Below are positions 52,991 to 64,000 of a DNA stretch of 64,000 nt, piece by piece. Positions within the stretch are counted from its first letter, which is position 1; each line of letters begins with the position of its first letter. The notes under the pieces are model-generated. The model saw nothing but the letters and a program-made list of their open reading frames with translations, was not told the DNA's origin and did no database searches. The translations under genes were made by a program, and so were the position numbers. Location: positions 164,238,001 through 164,302,000 of the forward strand of contig OX597816.1 in NCBI GenBank assembly GCA_951406725.2, given 5' to 3'. The stretch is from Octopus vulgaris. Its lineage: Eukaryota.

Positions 52991-53254
52991 AGGCTTCTTT
53001 CAGTTTCTGTCTACCAAATTCACTCACAAGGCTTTGGTCGGCCTGAGGCTATAGTAGAAGTCACTTGCCCAAGGTGCCATGCAGTGGAACTGAACCTGGA
53101 ACCATGTGGCTGAGAAGCAAGCTTCTTACTACAGCCACTGCTGTATATTTTTAGAATGACATTGGAGGGTAGGTGTGAGAGGCTAGATCTGGTAGGTTTG
53201 AACAGAAACTCTGTAGAATATTTGGGCCAGGTACGGTCAGCTTAAATGGATTAA
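52630..53254. mobile_element. TTAA-type MITE (copy 1) split by a family A SINE
   Basis: Left part ~52630-52730, right part 53143-53254 (TATATTTTTAGAATGACATTG...GTTTGAACA...TTAA); homologous to 54285-54457 in reverse orientation. Confidence 0.6.
52735..53139 (-). mobile_element. SINE family A with CpG decay
   Basis: Full set of family A modules; GCCAAACC, TTATGGG, CAAGTGATG replace CpG-containing forms seen in copies left of 52 kb. Confidence 0.93.
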
Positions 53255-53525
53255 CCAGTTAAGCATTATGGATAATCTGTCAATTGTATTGCTTGTTTAA
53301 TCACATTCTTTTGAATTAATCTTATAGCTTCAGGATTTCACGGTTAATTCTTTCCTTCTTTTACATGTTTTAGTCATTTGGAGTACCACCTTTAATCAAG
53401 CAAATCGACCCCAGGACTTAGTAAGCCTAGTACCTATTTTACCAGTCTCTTTTGCCAAACGACTATGCTACGGGGACGTAAACACACCAGCATCGGTTGT
53501 CAAGCGAAGTTGTGGGGACAAACAG

Positions 53526-53586
<61 letters not shown>

Positions 53587-53871
53587 TACATGACAGGCTT
53601 CTTTCAGTTTCCAGCTACCAAATCCACTCACAAGGCTTTGGTCAACCCGAGGCTATAGTAGAAGTCACTTGCCCAAAGGTACCATGCAGTGATACTGAAT
53701 CTAGAACCGTGAGGTTGGTAAGCAAGCTTCTTACCCCACAGCCACTCCTGAGCCTATATTTTTAGAATGACATTGCAGGATATGTGCAAGTGGTTGGATG
53801 TGGTCAGTTTGAACATAAAATAGTTAAAATTTTTGGGATGGGTATGGCTGGATTAAATGCTAAATGGTTAA
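53251..53871. mobile_element. TTAA-type MITE (copy 2) split by a family A SINE
   Basis: TTAACCAGTTAAGCATT left end, AATGCTAAATGGTTAA right end; right part 53756-53871 parallels 53143-53254. Confidence 0.7.
53355..53755 (-). mobile_element. SINE family A
   Basis: Ends CAGCCACTCCTGAGCC at 53755; all modules present. Confidence 0.93.
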
Positions 53872-54284
53872 TGTTTGTGAGTTTAATTCCTACTGCTGTC
53901 TGCTTTACTTTTCCATCCTTGCTGGGGTTAACAAAATAAAATGCCAGTGGTGGGATCAATATAAGTGGCTGTTCCTTTCCCCAAACATAAGATTGTGTCG
54001 TCCAAATTAGTGGCCCCTTCTTCTTCCTCTTGTACTTCTCAGTTATGTGGATCAGTAATTGAGCTATTGATCTGTACCACCATATTAGCCCCTTCAGCAT
54101 TCTTTTGGCTCTTCTGGAAATAGGGATTTTTCTCCCCAGGTGGTTATTTATTCTTTGCTATATATCACTGCAGTCAGTTCTATAAGCAATTGGAAGGTTA
54201 GTTAGGTCATTAGATTTTAGAGTTTGAAGTTTCTATAAGTCTTGGAAATTAAAATTGTTTACTTTCAGTGAGCCACATCTTTAA

Positions 54285-54457
54285 CTCTTTAGCCAAAATA
54301 TTCTACCTGCTCTGGCCTCTCATACCTACCCTACAATATCATTGGAAAAATAAACACATCATTGAAATTTTGAAGCTAGAAGATAAGAAATGATTAATTG
54401 ACAACAATGTAAATAAATAAGCATTACTTTTAACAGGGTAATATGAGTGCTGAAGGA
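54285..54457. mobile_element. TTAA-flanked MITE, same family as the split copies, not SINE-interrupted
   Basis: TTAA|CTCTTTAGC ... GCTGAAGGA|TTAA; internal CCTCTCATACCTACCCT is the reverse-complement homologue of AGGGTAGGTGTGAGAGG at ~53166. Confidence 0.7.
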
Positions 54458-54502
54458 TTAAACATCTATCAGTGACTTTGGTGTCTCTGTTTAATAGTTT
54501 AA

Positions 54503-54725
54503 CCCTTTCATTACCAACCCAGCCGAAACCGGCTCTGACTCTGAGTACAAATGTCTTGTTTTCATAAGTTTTGAATTAAAATCTTCCACCAAACTTTAGT
54601 CACAATTTATGTTCCTAACACTAGCTTAATAATGATAACTAAGTTATTTTACTAGATTCTTTGCTATATTTAAACTAATTGAAAGAAACACAGAGCATCT
54701 CAACAGAAATAGGGTAACAAAAGGG
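54503..54725. mobile_element. piggyBac-type MITE with TTAA target duplication
   Basis: TTAA|CCCTTTCATTACC ... GGTAACAAAAGGG|TTAA; TTAA TSD with CCC/GGG termini is the piggyBac signature. Confidence 0.88.
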
Positions 54726-54729
54726 TTAA

Positions 54730-55590
54730 CCAAAAGTCTAGGGTCTTTATAATGTCCTGGTACTTTCCATTTGTTTTCTCTTGCAGAAAATCTAGGCTAA
54801 GTCTAATGTTCAGATGTTGTGCTCAGAATTTTGAACAATCTCATCCATGGGGTTTCTTTTGCTGGTGACACCGCGCCTAAATTTTACTTCTTTTGGTGTT
54901 GGTGCTCCGTCGGTTCCTCTTCTGCAGTGACCTGGTTTTTCATAAAATCATTTTGGACAGAAGTAAAACCCATTTGTTTTGTTCAGAGGACCACTGTAGC
55001 TTTTTGTTACCCATATATTCTCTGCAATTTAGCTTTGGATATCTTGTTTCAATCATTCTTTGATTTCTAACATTTTCCTCCTTCGTTTCATTATCTTTCT
55101 GCAATAACAGTTTCACTCCTTATATTATGATATTCCCACTATGAGTACATCTGATGACCTACTCCCTTTTCTTTCCAACAACACACTGCCTGCTATATAC
55201 ATTATTTCAGTTAACCTGGTGCTATTAATGATCGTGTCCTTCTTTATTTATCTTTCCTTTTGCTGTATCTCCCTCTCTGTTGAATTATATCCTTCAGAAG
55301 TACACTTCCACAGTACAGTATGAAGATCTATTGTTTTTAGTTTCCTAATCATTTCACCCTTCATGTTGTATTGCTTACGATCCTGCTTCAGAATGTCTCG
55401 TTCTTAGATCTTCTCCATATTCCCTTTTTATTTATATCATTGTTTGTATTGTTCCGGTTCATGTTTTGATTGTCAAAATTGTTCTGTAGGTGTTTTGGAG
55501 ATCAGGTCTTCCATTTTGCTGAATGTCAACCTAATACAGCCTATTTGTTGTTACCTCACATATCTGTTCTTTCATATTTTTTTTTGTATC
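54730..55590 (-). pseudogene. Possible heavily decayed retroelement ORF1/gag-like remnant
   Basis: Purine-rich reverse strand, non-microsatellite, many stops; VIRCTHSGN near 55130-55160 faintly resembles a CCHC knuckle. Weak. Confidence 0.25.
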
Positions 55591-55758
55591 ATTTTGAACC
55601 ATATCTGTGTGTGCGTGGTGTGTGAGTATGTGCATATATATATATATATAACTTAGAAAGGTTTTGGCCAGTATTGGCCCAGGCCATGTCTAACTTAATA
55701 GCATATAGAGTCCAACCCATGCTAGCATGGAAAGCGGACGTTAAACGATGATGATGAT

Positions 55759-55803
<45 letters not shown>

Positions 55804-56293
55804 TACACACACACACACACATACACACACACATATATATATATGCTAACTGAAAATAAACTAATGAAAAGAGTATGAAAATACAATTTACTCAAGTATG
55901 TCCACCCTTGTACATATATACGTACATCCATGGTATACAAATACTTTGAAAGGCAAGTCTGTATTACATACATGTATACTTTATATAACTAGTGAGAGAG
56001 ACAGAGAGTGTATCAGACAAGTATTCTAACTTGTACATTTTACTGTTAAAAAAATGTGTCTATTTTTAATTTCTAATTCATTATATATGATGTTGTGTGT
56101 GTGTGTATCGGTATGCGTACACTTATTATTCACATGTTTACAAATATATACGTATATACATGTACTTTTAAAAATGTATTGGTTGCTATGCGCATAAACA
56201 CAGCACACATTTTTAGACATGCATGTGAGCATGTGCAAGTTAATATAGCTTTTTTACTCCAGGGCTTATAGGTTTAACATCCAGTCATTCATG

Positions 56294-56331
<38 letters not shown>

Positions 56332-56872
56332 TAGACATACATATGTGTGTGCATGACTAGAGTATTAAGAAACACCTACACAGCTAGAAATAAGAGCTAA
56401 AATGCTCTAATGCTGCAGTTAACACACATGAATAAAAGCATATACATTAACAGGGACCTGAATTGTTCGAAAAGTACCAATCAATAATTCTTAATACTGA
56501 CATCACACCCTAGTCACATTCAGTGACAATTATGATTCTCCTTTTTGGTGAAAAATTGCAACCTGCTGTTTATATTATACAATATATATGTTGTATAATG
56601 AAACTGTATACCCTTCCTGGTAAAAAGTGGTAGGAACCAGCCATTATAAATAAACCAGCAGCCGGTTATCAAGAGTCAACAGTTCTAGTCGGTGTCTTGT
56701 GGGGCTATCAGCGATAGTAAGACAAAGAAGTTAGTGTATTGCTATTCTGATACAAAGAGATACAGCAGTATCCGATGACTAGTAACTACTGTGGCTACTA
56801 GTGTAAAACAGTAACTACAGTACAACGTCAGTTACACATCACTCCAGTGAGCAGAACCCCACATCACACAAC

Positions 56873-57053
56873 TGACACCTATGCTGGTAGCATGTAAAAG
56901 TACCCATTACACTCTTGGAGTGGTTGGCATTAGGAAGGGCATCCAGCTGTAGAAACCATGCCAAATCAGACTAGAGTCTGGTGCAGCCCCTCAGCTTACC
57001 AACCAGGGTCAAACTGTCCAACCCATGCCAGCATGGGCAACGGACATTAAATG
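56873..57053 (+). mobile_element. SINE family C
   Basis: GGAGTGGTTGGCATTAGGAAGGGCATCCAGCTGTAGAAAC ... CCAACCCATGCCAGCATGG ... GGACATTAAA. Confidence 0.88.
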
Positions 57054-57224
57054 CTACACACACATATATACAGACACCCACTGGTGTGTGGATGTGGGTT
57101 TAGTAATGATGTAATTATTTAAAGGCGTAGCATAGTTTCCACATATATTACACAGGTTCTTCAGATGTCTGTCGTTACTGTGCAGACACTAATTTGTACA
57201 ATGTCCAAATGAATTGAGTCATTA

Positions 57225-57550
57225 AGTGGCTGTGTGGTAAGTAGCTTGCTTAGCAACCAAATGGTTCTGGGTTCAAGTCCCACTGTGTGGCACTTTGGGC
57301 AAGTGGATTTGGCAGATGGAAACTGAAAGAAACCTGAGATATATATGTGTGTGTGTATATGTCTGTCTGTCCCCCCAACATCGCTTGACAACTGATGCTG
57401 GTGTGTGTACATCTCTGTACCTTAGCAGTTTGACAAAAGAGACTGATAGAATAAGTACTAGGCTTACAAAGAATAAGTCCTGGAGTCAATTTGCTTGACT
57501 AAAGGTGGTGCTCCAGCATGGCCACAGTCAAATGACTGAGACAAGTAAAT
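57225..57550 (+). mobile_element. SINE family A with near-complete CpG loss
   Basis: GTGGCTGTGTGGTAAGTAGC head to GACTGAGACAAGTAAA tail; CACTGTGTGG, CAACTGATG, TAGCAGTTTG, GAGACTGATAG, AAGGTGGTG show CpG transitions. Confidence 0.93.
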
Positions 57551-57865
57551 GAATGGAGCATGCCTACTAAATTCTAGATTAAATACTTAAATGCATCAAA
57601 TAACAATTTATTTTTTTAAAAATAAATCTTTAAAGAATAAATGGTATCTATTTGCTTTTTACTGGTTGTGTGTGTATGATGTAGATGGGGTTAAAATCCA
57701 AGCTGCATATTCCATTTTCCCAAATCCGTACGTAGATGTTATATTTGTGCGAGGAATACATAAGAGTCGAAAATACTGAGAAATATTTTGTGCAGAGTCG
57801 TGTAATATCAAAACAGGAGATAGGAAAATAATACCAAAAAAACTTTTCCTATATCCTGTTTATAG

Positions 57866-58040
57866 ATAGCGAGATGAGATGTCTTGCTATAATGGTGTCT
57901 TCCCACGTTAATGTACCCCAGTAAATCATATATGAATGAATCCCTCCCACCCACCTGCCGTAAACTTTCCAAATACCAAAAATAGGTTTCCTCCACATCT
58001 CATTCGCTTGTCTCCGGTCATTATAAACTGAAGCAACAGA
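57866..58040 (+). other. Candidate non-coding (5'UTR) exon with short upstream ORFs
   Basis: Acceptor CTTTTCCTATATCCTGTTTATAG|, donor GA|GTGAGT at 58041; stops in all three frames; locally CpG-retaining. Confidence 0.45.
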
Positions 58041-58479
58041 GTGAGTATTTTGGGGTTTTTTTCCCCCTTTCTTTGGATTTTTATTTGTTGGGTTTACGTT
58101 TTTCCCCTTTCTTTGTCTCTCCCCACCGCCTTTATCTCCAGAACATCTCTTCCTCTGCCACATCATTCGGTTGTTCACTGATTGAAATAAAACATTTTTC
58201 AAACCCATGCATTGTGTATGCACACAAACATTTACAAACACACACACACTCTCTCGCTCTCTCTCTTGGTTTGCTTGATGTTGAACAGTATTTTGGGTGT
58301 TGGTCATGAAAGTCTATCCACTATTATCTTCATCACTCTGATTCCTACATCTTTATTTCAGTACTACCTCCAAGACAACAATAATGAATACACATGGCCA
58401 GTTTATTATCAGTCTCTCTCTGTATTTATGGACACACAGACACACACGCATGTGTGTCTATGTATGTCCCTCTCCCTCG

Positions 58480-58680
58480 CTTTACTCTTCTACTTGTTTC
58501 AGTCATTTGACTGTGGCCATGCTGGAGCACCGCCTTTACTCGAGCAAATCGACCCCAGGACTTATTCTTTGTAAGCCTAGTACCTATTCTATCGGTCTCT
58601 TTTGCCGAAACGCTAAGTTACAGGGACGTAAACAAACCAGCATCGGTTGTCAAACGATGTTGGGGACACACACAGACACA
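58480..58680 (-). mobile_element. SINE family A, 3' half
   Basis: GTTTCAGTCATTTGACTGTGGCCATGCTGGAGCACCGCC through CATCGGTTGTCAA. Confidence 0.92.
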
Positions 58681-58772
58681 TTGGAGCCTGGTGCAGCCTC
58701 CTGGCTTCCCAGACCCCGGTTGAACCGTCCAACCCATGCTAGCATGGAAAGCGGACATTAAACGATGATGAT
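58681..58772 (+). mobile_element. SINE family C, 3' part, abutting the family A internal (CA)n
   Basis: TTGGAGCCTGGTGCAGCC...CATGCTAGCATGGAAAGCGGACATTAAACGATGATGAT. Confidence 0.88.
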
Positions 58773-59084
58773 AAAGTTTCTTTCCAACAATGTTCACACT
58801 TGTGGAATACACTTGCCCTAGATGTCACACAGTGAAGAGGGATCCCAAAACCAGCAACCTTCATACACACACAGCTATAGCTTTGGCTAAGAGAGAAGGA
58901 GAGAGAGAGAGAGAGAGAGGGGCAGACAATGAGAGATCATGTGTGTAAGATGTATAGATTTTTCTATGATGACCTTTGACAGTTATTTGGAAATGCAAAT
59001 CTTTAATTCTTTTCATATCAACCCACTTGGAACCATCTTGGTTCCATCTTTTTTCTCCTCCTATTTCAATCATTAGGCTGTAGA

Positions 59085-59290
59085 GACTACAGCCATGCTG
59101 GGACACCACCTTGATGTTTTAGTCAAATGAATCAACCCCCAGCATTTTTTTTTATTAAGCATGGTACCTACTCTATCAGTCTCTTTTGTCAAACCACTAA
59201 TATTACAGGGATGTAAACATACCAACACCAGTTGCCAAGCTGTGGTGGGACACATACACACTAGACCCAGAACCATGTCGTTGGCAAACA
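59085..59290 (-). mobile_element. SINE family A, old and CpG-depleted
   Basis: CAGCCATGCTGGGACACCACC, TCTATCAGTCTCTTTTGTCAAACCACTAA, AGAACCATGTCGTTGG. Confidence 0.75.
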
Positions 59291-59854
59291 AAACTTCCTG
59301 CCATCTAGTTGACTGATGGCAAATTCTCTGTCTTACTGTTTCCTATCCTTTAGGATGCCCTGTCTTTTTTGACCCTGAGTCTATATTTTGCTTGTTTCTT
59401 ATTTCATCTTTGTCCATTGTCTTAAATCACATTTATTCACTTTCATATGTCCACTCTGTATTGTTTTGTTTGCTCTCGGCCCTATATCCTCTAACTTTCA
59501 TGGGCACCACCAGCATGGGAAGTTCTGAGTCTAAGCATTAATGGCATGAAACTAAGTCATACCGTTTGGTTGATAACTGAAGAATTAGGGATCCTCTGTG
59601 TTGGTCTCCCATCTGATTTTACACTCAGTATACATTGTCGTTTATTTACAATACATTTTTTCATTTGTTATATGTGTGTGTGTGTGTGTGCGTGTGTGTG
59701 TGTATATATATATAAATATATGTATATATGTGTGTGTATGTATGTATTTGTGTTCTGTTTTTAATTTTATTTGATATATTCTCTCTCACCTCTGCCACTA
59801 TCTGGCATATACAGGTGCTTAAACTTATCAAGTATTCACCCTAACTTCACAGTA

Positions 59855-59900
<46 letters not shown>

Positions 59901-60097
59901 TGTGTATTTTTCCCTTGTTAACAATTAACATGGAAAAAATATATAAATAGTTACCAGGGTAGCAAAATATCACAAGAAAAAGGTTGTAACTCCTTGTTTT
60001 TAAAGGTAGAAACTTCGGGTTTACGTTAAATATTTTGTATAATATATATAAATAAATAAATGGAGTTTAACTTCATTTATATATATATATATATATA

Positions 60098-60260
60098 TTG
60101 GAGTGGTTAGTGTTAGGAAGGGCATCCAGCTGTAGAAACCTTCCCAGATCAGATTGGAGTCTGGTGCAGCCTTCTGGTTTACCAGTCCTCAGTCAAACCA
60201 TCCAACCCATGCCAGCATGGAAAGTGGACTTTAAACAACAACAACAACAATGATGATGAT
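60098..60260 (+). mobile_element. SINE family C
   Basis: GGAGTGGTTAGTGTTAGGAAGGGCATCCAGCTGTAGAAAC ... CATGGAAAGTGGAC then (AAC)n(GAT)n. Confidence 0.88.
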
Positions 60261-60622
60261 ATATATTTATATATATGACAATATATACACGTGTGTGTGT
60301 ATGTGTGTTTATATATCACCATTTCTTGCCCATGTTTCATATATATATATATATATATATACATATATACATACATATACACACACACACACATATATTA
60401 ATAAGGATGAAATGAATAGATTAAATGTACCAATTATTCCTTTGATACATGCTTGGATTTGCAGGATACCTGATTCCAGTGAACTGTAGATTTCAATGGT
60501 TAAATCACCTGGAATATTCAGAATAAACTGTCTAGACAAAATACACAGAGGTGCTTTGCCGTTGCTTTGCCTTCATCTAAATTAATTGATCTTCTTTTCT
60601 TTCTTTTATATATCATCATCAT

Positions 60623-60658
<36 letters not shown>

Positions 60659-61262
60659 GAAATTAAGTTGTGATTAAATATATGCATATACACGCTGTGT
60701 AAGCAAATGTTTTTAAGTTGTATAATTAAAATATTGATTTTTTTTTTTTCCCCCTGCACAAACTTATATACATTATAAACACACCACACCCCCATCTAAG
60801 TTGTATATACTTAGATAATATGCTAGCCACTTTTTCTGTCTCGTTTACTCTGATCTGTCTGTCTGACATTTTCATTACAATCCTTTACTATTTACCAAAC
60901 AATGTGTACAATTCTTTAAGAAACTAAAATGCAAACTTGCACCCAGAGACCCTCAAAATCTTTCAATATACATCTGTGTTTCTCTGTCTTTCAAGAACAC
61001 CTACCCCTGCACATCTCCTCGCTCCTATTCTTTGCTTCAATTTTACTGATATTTTAGTTTATTTTTATTCCATTTTTCCCCCAAATATTTTTTTTTCTTT
61101 TGTTCCTTTATTGGTTGTTTCTGCTTACTTTCATTTTGCCAAATTTCCCTTTAATATTGCATAACCTCATTCACAGCAACAACATCTGCTCTGATAAGGT
61201 GCACACTGACACACCTACATTTTATATATATATATATATATATATACACGCACGCGCACACA

Positions 61263-62052
61263 CACGGTGAATGAATTGTCGTCTAAATTAAGTAAAAATG
61301 AAAATAACACTACACCTCATTTTAATGGATATCTTTACCAAAATTACATATCTTGAAATTCTAAAGGGTAAATTTATTCAATAAAATCGCCATTGGCTTC
61401 AACCTTGGCCACAAATGATGTCAAAATCTCCTGCAACTCTTCTGGATGGTCACCTTGTTTAACTTGGTGAATGCTGCCATAATCCTTGCCTTCAGTTCAT
61501 CTTTGGTGTTATAAGGAGTTTTCTTGGTCTCTCGCTCAACTGTGCCCCCACACATAGTAAAATCAAGGGGGTTGCTGTCTGGGGAGTTAGGTGGCCAGAT
61601 CTTAGGAGTGCTGTAGTTGCAGATATCATCTGACAATCATGACTGGCTTCTGCTTGTGTGGTATGGTGCAGAGTCCTGTTGCCAGACATATAGGGTCTTT
61701 CAGCAGCCACCCTCTTGACTCAGGACAGCACTACCTCCTCCAGGCACTTGATGTAGGCCTCCGTTTTGAGCCTGAGGCGGTGTGGGAAGGTGAATGGAGG
61801 TATAATGTCACCATCCCTAGTGATCACTCCAAACAACATGATGTGCTCTCAGAGCATGTCGTCAGATTGACACCCAACACTCTGAAATGTTCGTATTGGA
61901 GCTTCTAGTAGAGTAAATTGCATCATGGTGCCGTTTTCCTCACAAATGGTGCCCAGTTGACCCTACACTGTGTAGTCAGCAAATAAAAAAAAACAAACAA
62001 ACCATGCACGAAATTAAAAATGTAAAATGGCAACAATTTACTCTTCACACCC

Positions 62053-62054
<2 letters not shown>
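61263..62054 (-). mobile_element. Decayed, internally deleted Tc1/mariner element; DD37D (maT)-like transposase pseudogene
   Basis: Reverse strand encodes YVWQQDSAPYHTSRSQS*LSDDICNYSTPKIWPPNSPDSNPLDF...ERETKKTPYNTKDELKARIMAAF; 36 residues between the last two catalytic Asp as read; terminus CAGGGTG at 62054 with a degenerate partner CACGGTG at 61263. Confidence 0.88.
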
Positions 62055-62083
<29 letters not shown>

Positions 62084-62304
62084 GCATGATGATAATGTAT
62101 GTGTACCTAGAAATTCTGCAACAAATTCTGTGTGACCCATGCAAGCATGGAAATCTGGACATTAAACCATGGTGATAATACACACATGCCTGTCTACATA
62201 TATACACATATGCATCCATACACACACACAGACACACCAGGGTTATATAACCCATTTCACTTGCTGATTATAAAAACATGTTTGTATGTGCATGTGTATA
62301 CATA

Positions 62305-63330
62305 CATTATCATCATGGGCCATTTTTGCTTCCCAGAAAGATTGATAAATCTTCATACATGGTGATGATAGTTCTTCTGTCAACACCATCATATCCCTTG
62401 GAGAAATTCACAATCATAAGCTTTGTGCTTGAAGAATCTGTGTATGATTCTTTGCAGGGCAAGGATCTGTGATAGTGTTGATCTGCCTCTGAAGGAGCCG
62501 TTTTACTGATGGGATCAGTATCAGGAGAATTTCCATTATGGAGCATAGGGTTGTAGATCTTTGAGGCTAAAGGTGAGGGTGTAGTTCCTCTTTAGTTGTG
62601 AGGATCACCCTTCTTTGGCAGTGGAATATTTGAAGACTTCGAAGAGTTTTGTTACAGAAATCCTGGAGATAATTTCTAATAGACTTAGATTGATGTTTCT
62701 GCACTGCTTTCTTCAGATCCACTATGATCCTTATCTTTTCATTGTTTCTTCTTAGAGAATAATTCCAATGCTATTACTTCATAGGCATTGGTTGTCAGCA
62801 ATGGCACTGCTATTCTTCTTCTAAAGCCTGTCATGAACCTGTTGCACACTGCAACTGTAAACCTCTACGACTTTTCCCCAAATGGATTTATTCCATAGAC
62901 TACCAGGTTAGAACTTTGTTCTTGTGGTAACTTAATTGGCTTTAACAAGAAACAATCTTCTGATCAGATTTGAAATGCTCAAACCCGTTGCAGGCACCCA
63001 AAGTTTTGACCCTATTATTTCACTCCTTTCTTGTTGAGATGTTGTTCAGTTGAAGAAGGCTACTCAGAGCTTAACTACATTTCTGAATCCTTGTATTAGT
63101 TGCAATAAAGTTGTATTGTTCCATGCAGTGTTTCTTGGGTTTGCCAATTCTACTGTTGTTTTTGTTGAACTGAAGAATAAATCTGTTGGCTGCATAGCCC
63201 CACTAATTAAATGAAGGGTGTGCTAAATATGGTTCCACATGGAATAGCTCAATATCTACTTCTGGGAGTTAGCATTGTTGACTGTAGCAGCAGAGAACAA
63301 TGGCTGCTTAGTTACACCCTGCAGAGTCAC
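62305..63330 (-). pseudogene. Decayed RTE-like non-LTR retrotransposon ORF2 (APE endonuclease and reverse transcriptase remnants)
   Basis: Reverse-strand fragments YNFIATNTRIQK and FKSDQKIV (endonuclease), IPLPKKGD..N*RG..ASKIYN, NGSFRGRSTLSQILALQRII, IVNFSKGYDGVDR (RT), with frameshifts and stops. Confidence 0.85.
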
Positions 63331-63367
63331 TCTCATGACCTACTCAGTACATTTTTCAATATTGATC

Positions 63368-63570
63368 CAGTGGCACCTGTGTAGGTGGCACGAAAAAATT
63401 ACCATTCGAGCATGGTCGATGCCATTACTGCCTGATTGGTCCCTGTGCCAGTATCACATAAAAAGCACCCACTACACTCTGTGTGGTTGGTGTTAGGAAG
63501 GGCATCCAGCTGTAGAAACTTTGCCAGATCAGATTGAAGCCTGGTGCAGCCTCCTGGTTTGCCAGTCCTT
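63368..63570 (+). mobile_element. SINE family C
   Basis: AAAAGCACCCACTACACTC..GTGGTTGGTGTTAGGAAGGGCATCCAGCTGTAGAAAC..GGTGCAGCC. Confidence 0.88.
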
Positions 63571-63766
63571 AGCAGAAGAGGTTTGTGTTCTTGTGTTGGA
63601 CATACTGACACAAAAGGGATCTCTTGTGTTGGACACATGTGAGTGCACTATCTTTGTTTATGTTAGGATTGTATGGTCCATGAGGATTTAGGAGCATCTT
63701 GTCATTCTTTAGGGAAACCAAAGTTGATTCAGAAAGTAGTCAGTTAGAACTAGCCCCTTACTTTTT

Positions 63767-64000
63767 GGCAGTGAGCTGGCAGAAACGTTAGCACACCGGG
63801 TGAAATGCGTAGCCATATTTCGTCTGCCGTTAGGTTCTGAGTTCAAATTCCGGCGAGGTCGACTTTGCCCTTCATCCTTTCGGGGTCAATTAAATAAGTA
63901 CCAGTTACGCACTGGGTTCAATATAATCGACTTAATCCGTTTGTCTGTCCTTGTTTGTCCTCTCTGTGTTTAGCCCCTTGTGGGTAGTAAAGAAATAGGT
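63767..64000 (+). mobile_element. SINE family B with partial CpG decay
   Basis: Collinear with 42943-43172; GGCAGTGAGC, CACACCGGGTGAAA, AGCCATATT, GGGGTCAAT are CpG transitions. Confidence 0.95.

Noticed and set aside
61421-61710. Functional transposase gene
   Set aside because: In-frame stop, frameshift and loss of the N-terminal region; annotated as a decayed element.

Overview
AT-rich, microsatellite-saturated animal genomic DNA. The repeat repertoire points to an octopus (cephalopod) genome; this is an inference from the SINE, MITE and (TA)n/(CA)n/(GATA)n content. No intact protein-coding gene can be supported: almost all long ORFs in the track are artefacts of purine-pyrimidine-alternating repeats, which cannot contain TAA/TAG/TGA. 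The window holds about 35 copies or fragments of at least four SINE families (labelled A-D here), TTAA-flanked piggyBac-type MITEs, a GGATC-ended TIR element with an unusual 15-bp target duplication and internal TTAGGG repeats, a decayed DD37D-like Tc1/mariner, a decayed RTE-like LINE, Penelope-like fragments carrying minimal hammerhead-ribozyme motifs, an ~8-kb minisatellite tract, a 700-bp tandem duplication and several near-perfect local inverted duplications next to (TA)n. Repeats left of ~52 kb keep their CpGs while those to the right show CpG-to-TpG/CpA decay, suggesting an unmethylated promoter near 51.1-51.3 kb followed by a methylated gene body with a candidate non-coding exon at 57866-58040. 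A second promoter/5'UTR-like CpG-rich block lies at ~17.9-20.4 kb. Boundaries of diverged repeats were read by eye and are approximate.
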